64,000 bases of DNA from Camelus dromedarius (taxonomy: Eukaryota). The notes under the pieces are model-generated. The model was not told where the DNA came from, ran no database searches, and saw only the letters and a program-made list of their open reading frames with translations. The stretch spans positions 100,380,001 to 100,444,000 of the forward strand of contig NC_087437.1 in assembly GCF_036321535.1 (NCBI RefSeq). The letters are read 5' to 3'. Position 1 is the first letter of the stretch, and every line of letters starts with the position of its first letter. Made by a program: the position numbers and the translations under genes. Of this stretch, positions 1-11,493 are shown in pieces.

Positions 1-1200
1 CTGAAATATGGAACCAAAAATTTTTTCTTGAGAAAAGGATAGATCATGACACATTGTAGAATCATGTAGAATTCAATGGTAAATGGTTTATTATAGTTTT
101 ACAGTTTGTTGCTTTTATAGTCTTAGACTATAAAGTAAAACAGTTGGATTGAAAATGTCTTGCTCTTACCAATTTCATCACCCCACTGCTTTCCACGCTC
201 TTTTGCTTTTTGTTGGCCAGCACACTACTTCATTTTAAGCCAAGTATTTGAAAGTGTCAAATAAAAGTTCTGCTGCAGCCAGGCAGCAGCTGACTTTATT
301 TTTACTCAAGTGTGACATAGCACTCACAGATGTCAACTTGTATTCTTTTTTAATGAAATAATGTTTATGAATTCCAAATACACTAGAACACTGCCAGAAT
401 TACTTTGGAAATTTAATGTACAGTAATCAATGCAGTCTCCAGCAACAACTGAAATATATTAAATATCCATTCTCATAGAGACCTGGTGAGAGCAACATGG
501 CAGTATTAATTCTAGTTTTTTTAAAAATTCACTCGATATTGTTTTCATTTTGTACATTTCTCTACATTACTGCCATCTAAGACAGAGTGAAGCTAAAGAC
601 ATTTGTTTGTGCTGCTTAACCACTCCCAAGTATGATAGACTAGTCAGCACTTGATTAAGGTGACAATAAAGGGAAGATGAGATTTATTTCACACGATTTC
701 AAAAATGTCTGAATTTGGAAAATTTCAACAGGAAGCAGTAACTATGTTTGAGAATTTCAGTATAAATAACTTATTTATTTACTTATTTATTTCCAGTTTC
801 AATACCACATAGTAAAAAGATTCAGAATGGACCATTTGAAACTGAAAAAATTCACACATCTCTTCAAGAGTGAAGAGTTTTACAGTCTGTAGGTTAAAAT
901 TGGGGCCTGAGTTTAAAAATCTGTGAAATACAAAGTTTAAGGGTTCAGAGGGAACCCTAAGAGAATACAACGCGAGTTAACAGCCTTAGGAAACATCAAG
1001 GATGGAAAGAATTATAAAAAAGAACAGATAAGGAAAGCAAGCAGAGTAACAGAGTTGCATATTGATACAGAGGCTCAGCTAAAAGGAGATTAGGACAAAC
1101 TGGTCAAGGTTTCTAAAGGGTGATACTTAAGAGACCCAAGCCAAGTTGGCAATTCAGTTGGCCATTAGTGATATAACTTCTACTTAAAACTAAAAGAAGG

Positions 1201-1321
1201 AGGAGGGTATAGCTCAGTGGTAGAGCACATGCCTAGCATGAACGAGGTCCTGGGTTCAATCCCCAGTACCTTCATCAAAAAATAAATAAGTAAATAAACC
1301 TAATTACCTCCTCCCACCAAA

Positions 1322-1364
<43 letters not shown>
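1201..1364 (+). mobile_element. tRNA(Ala)-derived SINE, vic-1-like (camelid), with (AAAT)n tail
   Basis: A box TAGCTCAGTGG, B box GGTTCAATCC, tRNA-unrelated CTAATTACCTCC segment, AAAT tail; imperfect TSD taaaagaagga/taaagagga. Confidence 0.9.
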
Positions 1365-3039
1365 AGAGGAATGGACTTGGGTCAAAACCTGTGTCTGTAG
1401 GTATGAAGGTGTTGAAGGAGTGAGCTTAAATTCTGGCTAATTATGGTTAAGATGGTCCCGACGTTTAGATCAAATTCCTTAAACCTGTGCTAAGGTAATT
1501 GGAGACCATGAGACCATACCTGGAACTTTCTTTAACTATATGAAGCTTGTATCTCAGAGTGACCTCACACACACTAGTAAAGATTAGCAGGTCTTTTGGT
1601 CTGATGGTATGTATGTTCTGGACTAAAGTTAACAGAATACGAAGGAAAATTTCAAAAGGTCATGAACCCAGGGTTATGAACGTCAGAGGAGAGACTTCCC
1701 TTCTCTTAAACTCTGCATGATAGTGGAGTCCTTTATGGGAGGATCTGTCGTCTGGGACCTGCCTGGGGCAGAATAAGGTAGGAGAACCTCATTCTATCAC
1801 AGCTGAAAGACAAAGCATTTTTTAAGACTTTGTAAAATTTCATTCATGTTCCAAATCTTTTTGAATTCTGGCTTTATACGCTAAAAGGAGATAGCCTAAA
1901 TGACGCTCTTTTTGGACTAAGAGCCTTATAAGCACAATAGCTCTTCCAGTAAGTCAGACTTACAAAAATATCTAGGGTATCTAGGGAGCGTTTCAGATGT
2001 AGCTAGCGAAAGGTCAGTTGGACTAGTTATTTTTATTTAGAATCTTGCGCCTATTTTAGTTTACTTATATATCCTCCAATACTCTAGCTTTCTCTAGAAA
2101 TCTGTAGAGGTATTTCCGGCATGTAATCTGTCAGAGACCACATATTGGAGGATGGCAGAAAGAATCAAAAATAGAAGTACCCATAATCAAAGATGGAGAC
2201 ACACTAAATGCCTTCTTTACTGGTCCCGGATGGTGGAAGGGAAAACCATTTCTGAAGCCTCTCTTTCCTTGAACACAGCCACAACAATTCTATAGTAATG
2301 TTCTTTAATAAAAATATGCAAATTATGAGGAGTTGCCATGTACAGAGAAGAAATAAATAGAAGTTATCTCAAAATAACACTGAAAGAAAAAAACCACAGA
2401 AAGGCCTGAATAGAATTTTTAGCACAAATCTGGAAGGGGCCTTTAGAACTTATTTCCTTCAACAACCTCCTTTTGAAAATATCTAAGCTAAGTGACCCAC
2501 CCAAGGGCTGATAAATGATAGACCCAGTGCTAAAGTTTCAGGTCAGCAGATTCCCAGTTCAGTGCATTTCCTGGAGCTTCCAAAAGCTGATATTATTACT
2601 CGTTGCTATATGAAAGCATAATTAATAAGCATCAAATATTTATATTTGAGTTATATTTATAAAATATCTTCTGTATAATGGGATGTTTTTCTTTTCATGT
2701 ATTAGTAAATTTACCACTATATTAATTTACTTGGTAAATTAGATTTTTTGTTCCTGTCCACCATATACTTCACTTGCCACACCCTCACCCTGTCCCATTT
2801 CATTCTCACCTGGTATGAATGATGGACTCATAGCAGTTCTCAAATTTTGACAACTATTAGTTTACTTTTAAAATATTGCCAGTGTAAAAGGGTTTTGAGC
2901 TGCAAAATTTACTTTAATAAGATTGGTTTTTCTTAAAGATGTTTCTAGCCTTTTATCTAATAATTATACTCCTAGACATGACTTCCTAGAAAAATACTTT
3001 TAATAAACTCCAAATATCCTCTAACTTTGTTCTTTTTTC

Positions 3040-3740
3040 CCCAAGTTGTTTTGGCTCCTCTGAATCTTGGGAATTTTCATATAAATTTTAAAATCAGCTT
3101 CTACAAAGTAGCCTGCTGGGATTTTGACTAGGATGCCTTGAATCTATAGATCATTTTGGAGAGAACTGACATCTTAACAATATTGTCTTCTAATCTATGA
3201 ATATGGTTTATCTCTGCATTCAGTTAATTGTTCTTTAATTTTTCTCAGCTATGTTTGTAATTTTTACTGTATGAGTCATAAACATTTTTTTCAACTTTAT
3301 CCTTAAGTATTCCATATTTTTGATGCCATTGTAAATGGTAAATTTTAACTTCAGTTCTGATTTTGCATTGCTAATATACAGAAATACAACTTTTTTTTAT
3401 ATTGACTTTAAATCTTGCCATCTTACTAAACCCAGTTTTAGTTCTAGTAGCTTATTTGTAGGTTCCTTAGGATTTTTTACATAGATGATCATGTCATTTG
3501 TAAATAAATAGGGATTTGTGTCTTTCTTTCCAATCTGTTTACTTTTATGTCTTTCTCTTATCTTATTATAGTGTTAGAACCTCCAGTACAATGTTGAATA
3601 GAAATGATGGGAGTGGACATCTTTGCCCTGGTCCCCATCTTAGGAGGGATGTGTTCAGTCTTTCTCCATTTATATGACACTAGCTATAGGATTGTCATAT
3701 TACCTCTTATCAGGTTGAGGAAATTCCCTTCTATTTTTCT
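3040..3740 (-). mobile_element. Old L1 ORF2 fragment
   Basis: Antisense L1 ORF2 motifs, e.g. cctccagtacaatgttgaatagaaatgatgggagtggacatc and gaatctatagatcattttggagagaactgacatctt. Confidence 0.85.
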
Positions 3741-3894
3741 GAAGTAATCTGCATCTTGCAAAAGTAATTGTCAGGTTGGCATAATTTTGAGTAATTAAAA
3801 TATTATATCTCAGTTATGCTCTTCAACCTTGATGTACATCATCTTTTCAATAACAATTTCATCATAGCTCTCATGACATCACAGTAATAATAGC

Positions 3895-4434
3895 TGAGTC
3901 AGAACTCTTTTCTTGCCTTGGACAGAAAACTCAACCGACATTGGCTGAAGTAAAAAGGGAGGTTGTATGATCATGTAACTGAAAGGCACAAGGACTTGTG
4001 ATGCCTTTGGGGCCCACTTTCTCTCTCCCAGGCTCTCTGCTCTTCTCTCTGGCACCATTCCCAGACATCCTCTCTTCTTGTGATGTTAAAAAGGGCTACA
4101 GCAGCCCCAGACCTTACATTTTCGCAGCCTTAAGGCCACCAGAAAAGAGTGGCTGCTCTGTCCTGAAGTTTCAGCAAAAGTCTTCCTGTATCCTTTGCCT
4201 GAGTTGGGTTGCTTGCCCATTCCTAAACGAATTGGCCTGGCCTGGGAAATGTGATGAGTTGATTGGCTCTAGTTCGTGTCCAGTTTTGCGACCTGGAGTT
4301 CAGTGGGGTGCAGAGTCAACAAACAACGTGATCTGAGATTGGCAGAGATACTGCTCTGAAGGGAAATAGGGATGTGGTTACCACACATGGAAGGAATGGA
4401 TTATGAATTGCCAGAATCAATAACAGTCCACTGT
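3895..4434. mobile_element. Old MaLR LTR (MLT1K/J-like)
   Basis: gtcagaactcttttcttgc...aaactcaac...atgtaactgaaa start and MLT1-like 3' end; recalled similarity only. Confidence 0.55.
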
Positions 4435-4439
4435 ACTAA

Positions 4440-4630
4440 TATTTATTCAGCACACAATATGTACAGGGTACCTTAAATCTCCTCACTGATTCCTCCTCAA
4501 AACAACCCTATAACACAGTGACTATTATTATTCCACTTTTCCAAGTGAGGAAACTGAGGTTCAAACCCAAACTCATATGGCCGAATTGTCTGACTTCAGA
4601 GGCCAAGCAGTTAAACCCTTTCCTGACTGC
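4440..4630. mobile_element. MIR SINE
   Basis: cctcaaaacaaccctat...gaggaaactgaggttca...tctgacttcagaggcc matches the MIR core. Confidence 0.75.
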
Positions 4631-4809
4631 CTCTCAGTTAATTCACTGCCAAGATAATATGTAATCTTCCATGGTTAAGAAATAAAAGAACACAAGTCAA
4701 ATCTAGCAAGAAAATCCCCAAAAGGAAAGAAGTATTTTTGTAAAATATACTTAAAGGTGATACATTATGACTATAGAAAATATCTTTAGTTTTTCTTCTT
4801 AAAAAACTT

Positions 4810-4896
4810 TAATTTTTTTAATTTTTAAAAACACTTTTTTTTAGAGCAGTTTTAAGTTCGCAGCAAAATTGAGTGGAAGGTACAGAGTTTCCACAC
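4810..4896 (-). mobile_element. L1MC-type 3' end
   Basis: ttttagagcagttttaagttcgcagcaaaattgagtggaaggtacagag is the antisense 3' terminus; it matches the end of the + copy near 36200-36240. Confidence 0.75.
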
Positions 4897-5165
4897 ACCA
4901 ATACCAAAATCAGCAAATCCTCAAGTCCCTTATAGAAGATGGTGTAATATTTGTATATAGTACTTTTTTTATCCCTATACTTGAAATCATCTCTAGATTA
5001 CTTATAATACATAATACAATGCAAATGCTATGTAAATAGTTACTGTCTCACAGCAAATTCAAATTTTGCCTTTTGGAACTTTCCGGAATTTATTTTGAAT
5101 ATTTTTGATCCATAGTTCATTGAAACTGTGGATGTGGAACCTGCAGCTATGGGGGGCTAGTTGTA
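4897..5165. mobile_element. MER2-family (TcMar-Tigger) DNA transposon, truncated
   Basis: ataccaaaatc...ctcaagtcccttata...aaatcatctctagattacttataatac...gtggatgtggaacctgc...ttgTA. Confidence 0.8.
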
Positions 5166-5500
5166 CCATCCCCAAACCTGGAAAAAGGATAAGCATGTAT
5201 AGGTTTGGCTTCCTAAACAAGCTGTAAAGAGGTATAACACAACCACATACCAAGTTGCCATTCTTGGACTGATGGCAAACCTGAGGAGACAGTAATCGTT
5301 CACAGTTACATTTATCAGACATTTGTTGACTGACTTCCTTCGCCTACTCTCCCTTAAGGCTGTGTCAGTGCTATCATTCTAATTAATGCCTTATATGGAA
5401 CAACTTCTTTATGTGTCTGAGGCAGAGTCTTGTCTTTAACATAGCGCTTAGTCTTAGGAGACACCCATGAATGAAAGCTCTGTTCTTAAGTTTGACCGTA

Positions 5501-5632
5501 GGGAGGGTAGAGCTCATTGGCAGAGTGCATGCTGAGCATGCAGGAGGTCCTGGGTTCAATCCCCAATACCTCCATTTAAAATTAAATAAATCTAATTACC
5601 CCCACCCACCAGAAAAAAAAGAAAAGAAAAGA
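5501..5632 (+). mobile_element. vic-1-like tRNA-derived SINE
   Basis: gggagggtagagctcattgg...ggtcctgggttcaatcccc...ctaattacccc followed by an A-rich tail. Confidence 0.9.
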
Positions 5633-6179
5633 TAAAGTTCAGAGAGGACACACAGGTCAGTGAGAAATGCCTTGTCTCTTGTGTAGATTACAGCAGTCTA
5701 ACAAGGGAAACATGGATACACTATTGTATCTAATCTAAGAAAGCAGGGGAGAGTGCTGAAGAGGGTATCATTAACCTTGAGTTCTGCTACAGTGACTTAA
5801 GCAAGAAACTGAGTTATTTTCTTCATGTTAGCAAGAAGCACCAAGGGCAAAAGTCTGGCCTCCTCTTCTAGTAAGGCTCCTTTTAACTTCCAGCTCTTCT
5901 TAGTGACAGACCAGGACTGGCTATGTAATTTGTGCAAAATGAAAAGTGTGTGTGTGTGTGTCAGGGGGGTGGAATCTTGTTCAAATATTAAGCAGTTCAA
6001 GTTGACCCCAGCAGAACATTAAACTACAACTCAGGGTCCTGCGCAACTTCATGGGGTTGCACACCCATAAAGCTGGACCTTTATCTTTATTGTTGCAAGT
6101 TTGTTCCACGTTTTGTATCCAAGTTCTGGGCAAAAAAGGTGGGAAATGTGGAGGCAAAAGATACCTATTTACTGAGTCT

Positions 6180-6918
6180 GTCCCTTTTTGTTGAGAATAC
6201 AATAGCTTTCCTGGAAGCCCTAACCAGTAAATGCCCACTTACGTTTCATTAACTAGAATTGAATCGTATGTCAACCCTTAGCTGTGAGGTATTTAGGGGA
6301 ATGAGTTTTTGTTAATGGGCTATTTTGCTCTTCCAAAGAAAATTGGGGTTCTGCTTTTAAAAAGGAAGGGAAGAGATGCTATTGGATAGGCAATTAACAG
6401 ATATGATATTAATACTAACACTTTCATTTTTCTAATACTATGCAACCAACCACCCCAAAATCTAGTGATTTAAAACAACAACATTTAAGCTGTTCCCAAG
6501 TCTGCATTATGGCAAGGTTTGGCAGGGACAGAGTCTCTCTGCATCACTTGGAGTGGCTCAAAGTTGAAGCCTAGAATCATCTGAAGGTGCACTCAGGTGT
6601 CTAGAAGTTGGTTCTGGCTGTTACCAGCATCCCTACTGGGCAGTGGCTGGAACCCCTTCATGTGGCTTTTCCCTGTAGCTGTTTGGCTTCCTCACAGCAT
6701 GGTGGATGGGTTTCAATGTCAAAGCTCTATTGCCTTTTACGACTTAACCTGGGCAGTCACATGATATCATTATCACTCTAGTCATAGGCCCACCTGGATT
6801 CAGGGGAAGGGAACCTAGACCTCACCTCTTGACATCAGAATGACAACACCATATTGTAAGAGGAGTGTGTGGGATGGGATATATTGATGCTGGCACTTTG
6901 GGAAGATACAATTCACCA
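6180..6918. mobile_element. Two adjacent MaLR LTR remnants (MLT1J/L-like 6180-6400; MLT1G/H-like 6425-6918)
   Basis: caccccaaaatctagtgatttaaaacaacaac...ctagaatcatctgaagg...ggcttcctcacagcatggtgg...tttgggaagatacaat are typical MLT1 blocks. Confidence 0.7.
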
Positions 6919-7106
6919 GTAAGTGCTTACCTGCCCTTGTGCTAATATGTAAACATAGTTGTTTTATTTCTACAAACATCAGCTGAAGCATCCATCTTTC
7001 TCTCTTTCTTTCTTTCCCTTCCTTCCTTCCCTCCTTCTTTTCTTTCTCTCTCCCTCCCCAGCTCCCTCCCTTCCACCCTTCTTTTCTTCCTTTCCCAGAG
7101 CATTCC

Positions 7107-7196
7107 TTTTTTTTTTTAATGGAGGTACTGGGGATTGAACCAAGGACCTCGTGCATGCTAAGCATGCTCCCTGCCACTGAGCTATACCCCCCCCCC
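7107..7196 (-). mobile_element. Short vic-1-like SINE (tRNA head plus poly-A only)
   Basis: Reverse complement reads GGGGTATAGCTCAGTGGCAGG...GGTTCAATCCCCAGTACCTCCATT then poly-A; TSD-like cattcctttt/cgttcttttt. Confidence 0.9.
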
Positions 7197-7679
7197 GTTC
7201 TTTTAAAAACAAAAACTGGACAAAAAATTTGTCTGTCCACTTAAAGTGTCTCAATTCTTCCCATTATAACTCAAATGTAATAAAATTTTTTGCCATAGCT
7301 TATGCACCTGGTTTCTCTCTCCAGTTTTATCTCATTTTCCTCTTTCCTTCACTCACTGTGCTTCTGCTACAGGACCTGTCAGTTCTGCAAACATTTCAGT
7401 TTCCTTTATTCTTCTAGTCCTTTGCACTTGCTGTTTGCTACACCTGGGACACTTCCTCCAGCACTTTGAATGGATCAGCCCTGCTCATTTCCCCATTCTC
7501 TTACAGGGCCTTTAAATAGGTGATCAGCTAAGACATTATGTTACTGACCCTTCTGAGTGGATTCCTAGCAACGGTCCTTCTGCCCAGTGTTGTTGAAGTC
7601 AATAGAACAATATCGAGTTGGGGTCAGAAGCAAAGGAAAACATTATTCTCTGATCAGAGAATGGAGGGGTGGGAACTCT

Positions 7680-7890
7680 CCTGAGGGGCGGTGGGCGGGG
7701 CTGCTTCACTGGGGCCTCCTCAGCAGGGAGGGAGGAGTGGAGTTCTCGCGGGTCGGGCGCAGCTGCACTGCGCATGCTCCAGACTGCAGCGCGGCGCCGT
7801 GTCTCTGCCCCGCCGCCGCCATCTTGCGCAGTGACGTCGTTCACAGCAGCTTCTGCGCACCGTCCTCGAAGGTCTCCGTGCTGCGGTTCT
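7680..7890. promoter_or_regulatory. Small CpG-island promoter of an unidentified, probably non-coding, transcript
   Basis: Only CpG-dense segment in the window. GC boxes 7685-7701, TCTCGCGGG 7744-7752 (BANP/ZBTB33-like), TGCGCATGCTC 7769-7779 (NRF1-like), CCGCCATCTT 7816-7825 (YY1), TGACGTC 7832-7838 (CRE-like); CCTAGCAAC RFX half-site upstream at ~7564. Confidence 0.75.
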
Positions 7891-9249
7891 GCACTAAGAA
7901 CTCTGGTCTGAAGAGCTGGGTGTGAGGCCTCTGCACACAGCCCCCTGTGAGCAAGTGAAACTATACTAGGCACAAGGGTAAAGAAAAGAAAAAAAAGGTT
8001 AGACTTTTTTATTACCCAGATTCTATTTTTAGTTCCTGGGAATTGTTAATGGCCATTGCTGATGACAATTATGTAAAACATTTATTTTTACTCATTTGTT
8101 ATTTATTTCCTTCTCTAAATGAAGCTTCATAGCTGCAGAAACCTCATGGGTTTGGTCACTGCTGTATATCTGTGTCCAGTACTATGCCCAGTATTTCATC
8201 AAAGCTGATGACCTGAATACTACTGTCATTCTCACTTCAGGAGGAACAGAAGCCCGAGTAAATGGCTTAGTCAGGCCTAGAACCCAGGCGCTTGGACTCC
8301 AGAAGCAATGCTCTGATTCACCATGCTCTAAATGATTCGGTAAAAGAGAGAAAGCATACATTAATTCAGCCTGTCATAGGTCATAGGGAAGGGGTTTCAT
8401 GGAGGTGAGGCCATTTGAGCGGGGCCTTGAGTGTTGGGGTCAGCTTTGTTGGATGGTGATGGGAAGGGCACTGCAGGTGGTGGGAACAGTGTGAACAGAA
8501 GCTGAATCTGGAAAGCACTGGAACATTTTGGGAACAGTGAGTAATCGTAGAACAGGGTGTAGGGGAGTTAAAGGGGAAAGGTGGTTTGCATCATTCTGTA
8601 GATGATCAGAAGACATCAACATTGTTTCACTTTGTTTTGTTAAGAGGAGGCGCTCTCTGTACTTTAGGAAGAGACAGCTGCACCAAATAAGTGTAAGAAG
8701 TCAGCTTACTTCTTACCTCAGCCTATTTCAAGTGTAAGTAGTTGGTTTTGAAAAAATCATATAAATACTTAGAATCTTATTTTACTTATTTATAAAATGG
8801 AGATATAGCACCATGCTCCTAGTTTTTTTTTTTTCTTGTGCGAGTTAAATAAGATGATCCTTTTGAAATTACTTTGTGAACTATAAAGCACTACACACAG
8901 GTTAATTAGAATTTTTGTCATATGGTCCCTGATTGAGGAGAGTGTAGAAGTAAGCAGGTGACCAGAGCAGTTGGGCAACAGCAGAGATCTAGCTAAAAAA
9001 TGAGCAGAGTTTAAAAGAGGGCAAGACAATTAGATGCTATTGTCCAACAAAGGCAGGTTTAAATGAGTTTATATTTGCAAAGCTCTTAGAGGAATACTTG
9101 GCTCATAACTCATAATAAGCAATTGTCTATCTATGTATCTATCTACCTATCATTGCCTATCCTCCTATGTTTTGTTAAGTAATAGGAATGCAAAAGACAA
9201 GGAATGGAACCAATTAAGATTATATGCTTTATAGTCTGAAGGTCAGTCA

Positions 9250-10690
9250 CAGAGAAAAGGAATCAAAGTTAACAAAAAAAATGATAACCCCAGGTGCCTG
9301 GGCGAGTTCATCTATTCATATAGGGAAGAAAGAATAGTTTTGAGAGAAGAAGTTAAGACTTCCTTTGAACATGAAATTCTGTCCATTAAATACCCATAGC
9401 AGATGTTCAAAAGCTTGTTGAAAATGCAGGCATGGTGTAAAGGATGGAAGGAACTCATGGTCAGAGGAATAGATCTGGGATTTTTGTTTAGAGTGGCTAC
9501 TTGGAGTTTAGGATCAGATCAAGAATAGAGTGAGCAAAGGTTAGAGAAAACGGCCAAGGGCAGAACCTTAAAGCAATGCTTCTGGTGCTTTACCATGTAT
9601 ATGAATCACCTGGACATGCTACTGAAATATGGAGTTTGACTCAGTAGGTCTGAGATGCTCTATGTCTGACAAGCTCCTGGGTCACAGCAGTATTGCTAGT
9701 CCACAGCCACAGATTGACATACTGAGGTATGGTCAGAAAATTCAGAGCCAGAAGAGACAGAGGCAGAAAGAGAAAGAGACAGAGAGGAAGAGAGAGTGAG
9801 AGAGAGAGAGGAAACAAAATTGAGAATGCAGTGATCCAATATAATGAAAAAAAGGGGAAGAAAGTTTCAAAAAAAGGGAGTGCTCCTCAGTGCAAGAACA
9901 ATGAATAAGGCTTAATTTTGGCAAGTAATCCAGCATGTATAAATAAGAGAATGGTTTCAGCAGATGGATGATGGAAGTCACATTACTGACAAGAGGTAGA
10001 AACACTGAGGGAGTGATTGTAAACCATCCATTAGAAAAATTAAGCGGAGAAAGAAAAATGGGTGGTAATTAGTAGCTTAATAGGGCTGTAATTGTAAGGG
10101 AAGGATTGGGAAAAACTCTTAAGTTCCCTCTCTGAGAGGGAAGAGACAGTAGAGAAGAAATGCTTGACTGGAGAAAGAGGAAGCAGAACCTGTACTACAG
10201 AAAAAAAGTTGGGGAGGGGGTGGCTAAATCTAATCACAGGCAAAGGTTAGATTTGTAAAAAGAATAAATGAAAACACAGAGGTGATTTCAGGCAGAGGGG
10301 AGGCTAGGGAAGAAACATTAATTTCAGATGGTTTAATCTGCTGAGGTGAGCTAAGGCAAGTGATTCAAGGAGCACAGGAATGAATTGTCACAGCCTCTCT
10401 GGGTGACATGACAAGGAACAAAAAGAGTGAAATAAGGATGGCCAAGCAGGATGAGGACACGCTGAGGTTAGATAGCATGAATATGTTAAGGAGCCAACTG
10501 GCACCAGTCAGCAACTTCCTCAAGCAATGCAGAGCAACAGTGCACAGTGGAACAGAAGTAGAGCTTTGGGCCTCCACAGGAGTTGGGAGCTGGATGTATG
10601 TGGAGTCATGCTGGTCACATTTTGGTATTTTTAATTGGTGCCTTAAAGTTGGGTAAAGATCCTAGTGAGGCTGAGAGACAGGACAGAATC
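9250..10690 (-). mobile_element. Degenerate L2 remnants, interrupted
   Basis: Purine-rich antisense L2-like blocks, e.g. ggccaagggcagaacc; highly diverged. Confidence 0.45.
9572..9727. mobile_element. MER5A (hAT-Charlie)
   Basis: gaatcacctgg...gactcagtaggtctg...gacaagctcctggg...gctagtcc. Confidence 0.7.
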
Positions 10691-10832
10691 ATGGGTCAAA
10701 GCAACATGATGCAGGGTAATGAGCACTAGGTCTGGAGGCTTGGGTCCCCCCTACCTTCAGTTTCTAAGGTAGTAGACCTTAGACCGTTTCCCTTAGCTCC
10801 TTCATCTTTATAACAAAAGTGTTGAAGTAAAT

Positions 10833-11493
10833 CAGTGCTCGACCTTGGCTATATATAAACGTGCCTGGGGAAGTTTAAAAAAAATATTATTCTTGGTTCC
10901 TATCTTAGAACAATTAAATCAGATTGGGAGGTGTGACTTAGATACCTGGCTTTTGTTGTTGTTGTTGTTTTAAAGCATGTTAGGTGACTTTTTTCCAGCT
11001 TTATTGAGATATAAGTGACATGTAACATTCTGTAAGTTTAAGGTGTTCATACAAAGCCATGATTTGATATATGTATATATTGTGAAATGATTACCACATT
11101 CATTAATAAGATTACTTAATACATCTGTCATCTCATATAGCTACCTTTTTTTTTTAATGTGAGAACTTTTAAGTTCTCTTAATAACTGTCATGTATACAG
11201 TACAGTATTGTTACCTGTAGTCACCATGCTGTACATTAGATTCCCAGAACTTACTCATCTTATAACTGGAAGTTTGCATCTTCTGACCAGCTTTACCCAG
11301 CTACCCACAAACTCCCACCCCTGGCAACCACCAGTCTATTCTGTTTCTAAGAGTTTTGTTTTGTTTTTACATTCCATGTGTAAGTGTCTGTCTCTCTCTG
11401 GCTTATTTCACTTAGCATAGTTCCCTCAGTCTCCATCTGCGCTGTTGCACAACTGGATGATTTCTACTGAGCAACCAAAGTTGAGCACCACTA
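10833..11493. mobile_element. MER5-family element split by an L1 3' end
   Basis: cagtgctcgaccttggct...caattaaatcaga...ggtgac, resuming as gatgatttct...caaagttgagcaccact after the L1. Confidence 0.65.
10989..11452 (-). mobile_element. L1 3' UTR fragment (L1MA9/10-like)
   Basis: cagctttattgagatataa...tgtaagtttaaggtgt...gtcaccatgctgtacattaga...ggcttatttcacttagcat. Confidence 0.85.

Noticed and set aside
1201..1275. tRNA-Ala gene-like sequences (seven copies in the window)
   Set aside because: They have A-rich tails, TSDs, a shared non-tRNA segment and many substitutions, so they are SINEs, not tRNA genes.
2707..2740. Inverted repeat aatttacca...tggtaaatt
   Set aside because: Short arms in very AT-rich DNA are expected by chance.
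4251..4336. C/D snoRNA-like GTGATGA...CTGA spacing
   Set aside because: It lies inside a MaLR LTR remnant, the terminal stem is weak and I see no recognisable guide.
6815..7254. 141-aa and 91-aa minus-strand ORFs
   Set aside because: Made of SINE, purine-rich simple repeat and LTR sequence.
7587..7973. Three overlapping ORFs over the CpG island
   Set aside because: Stop-codon scarcity in GC-rich DNA, non-ATG starts in two of them and no recognisable protein.
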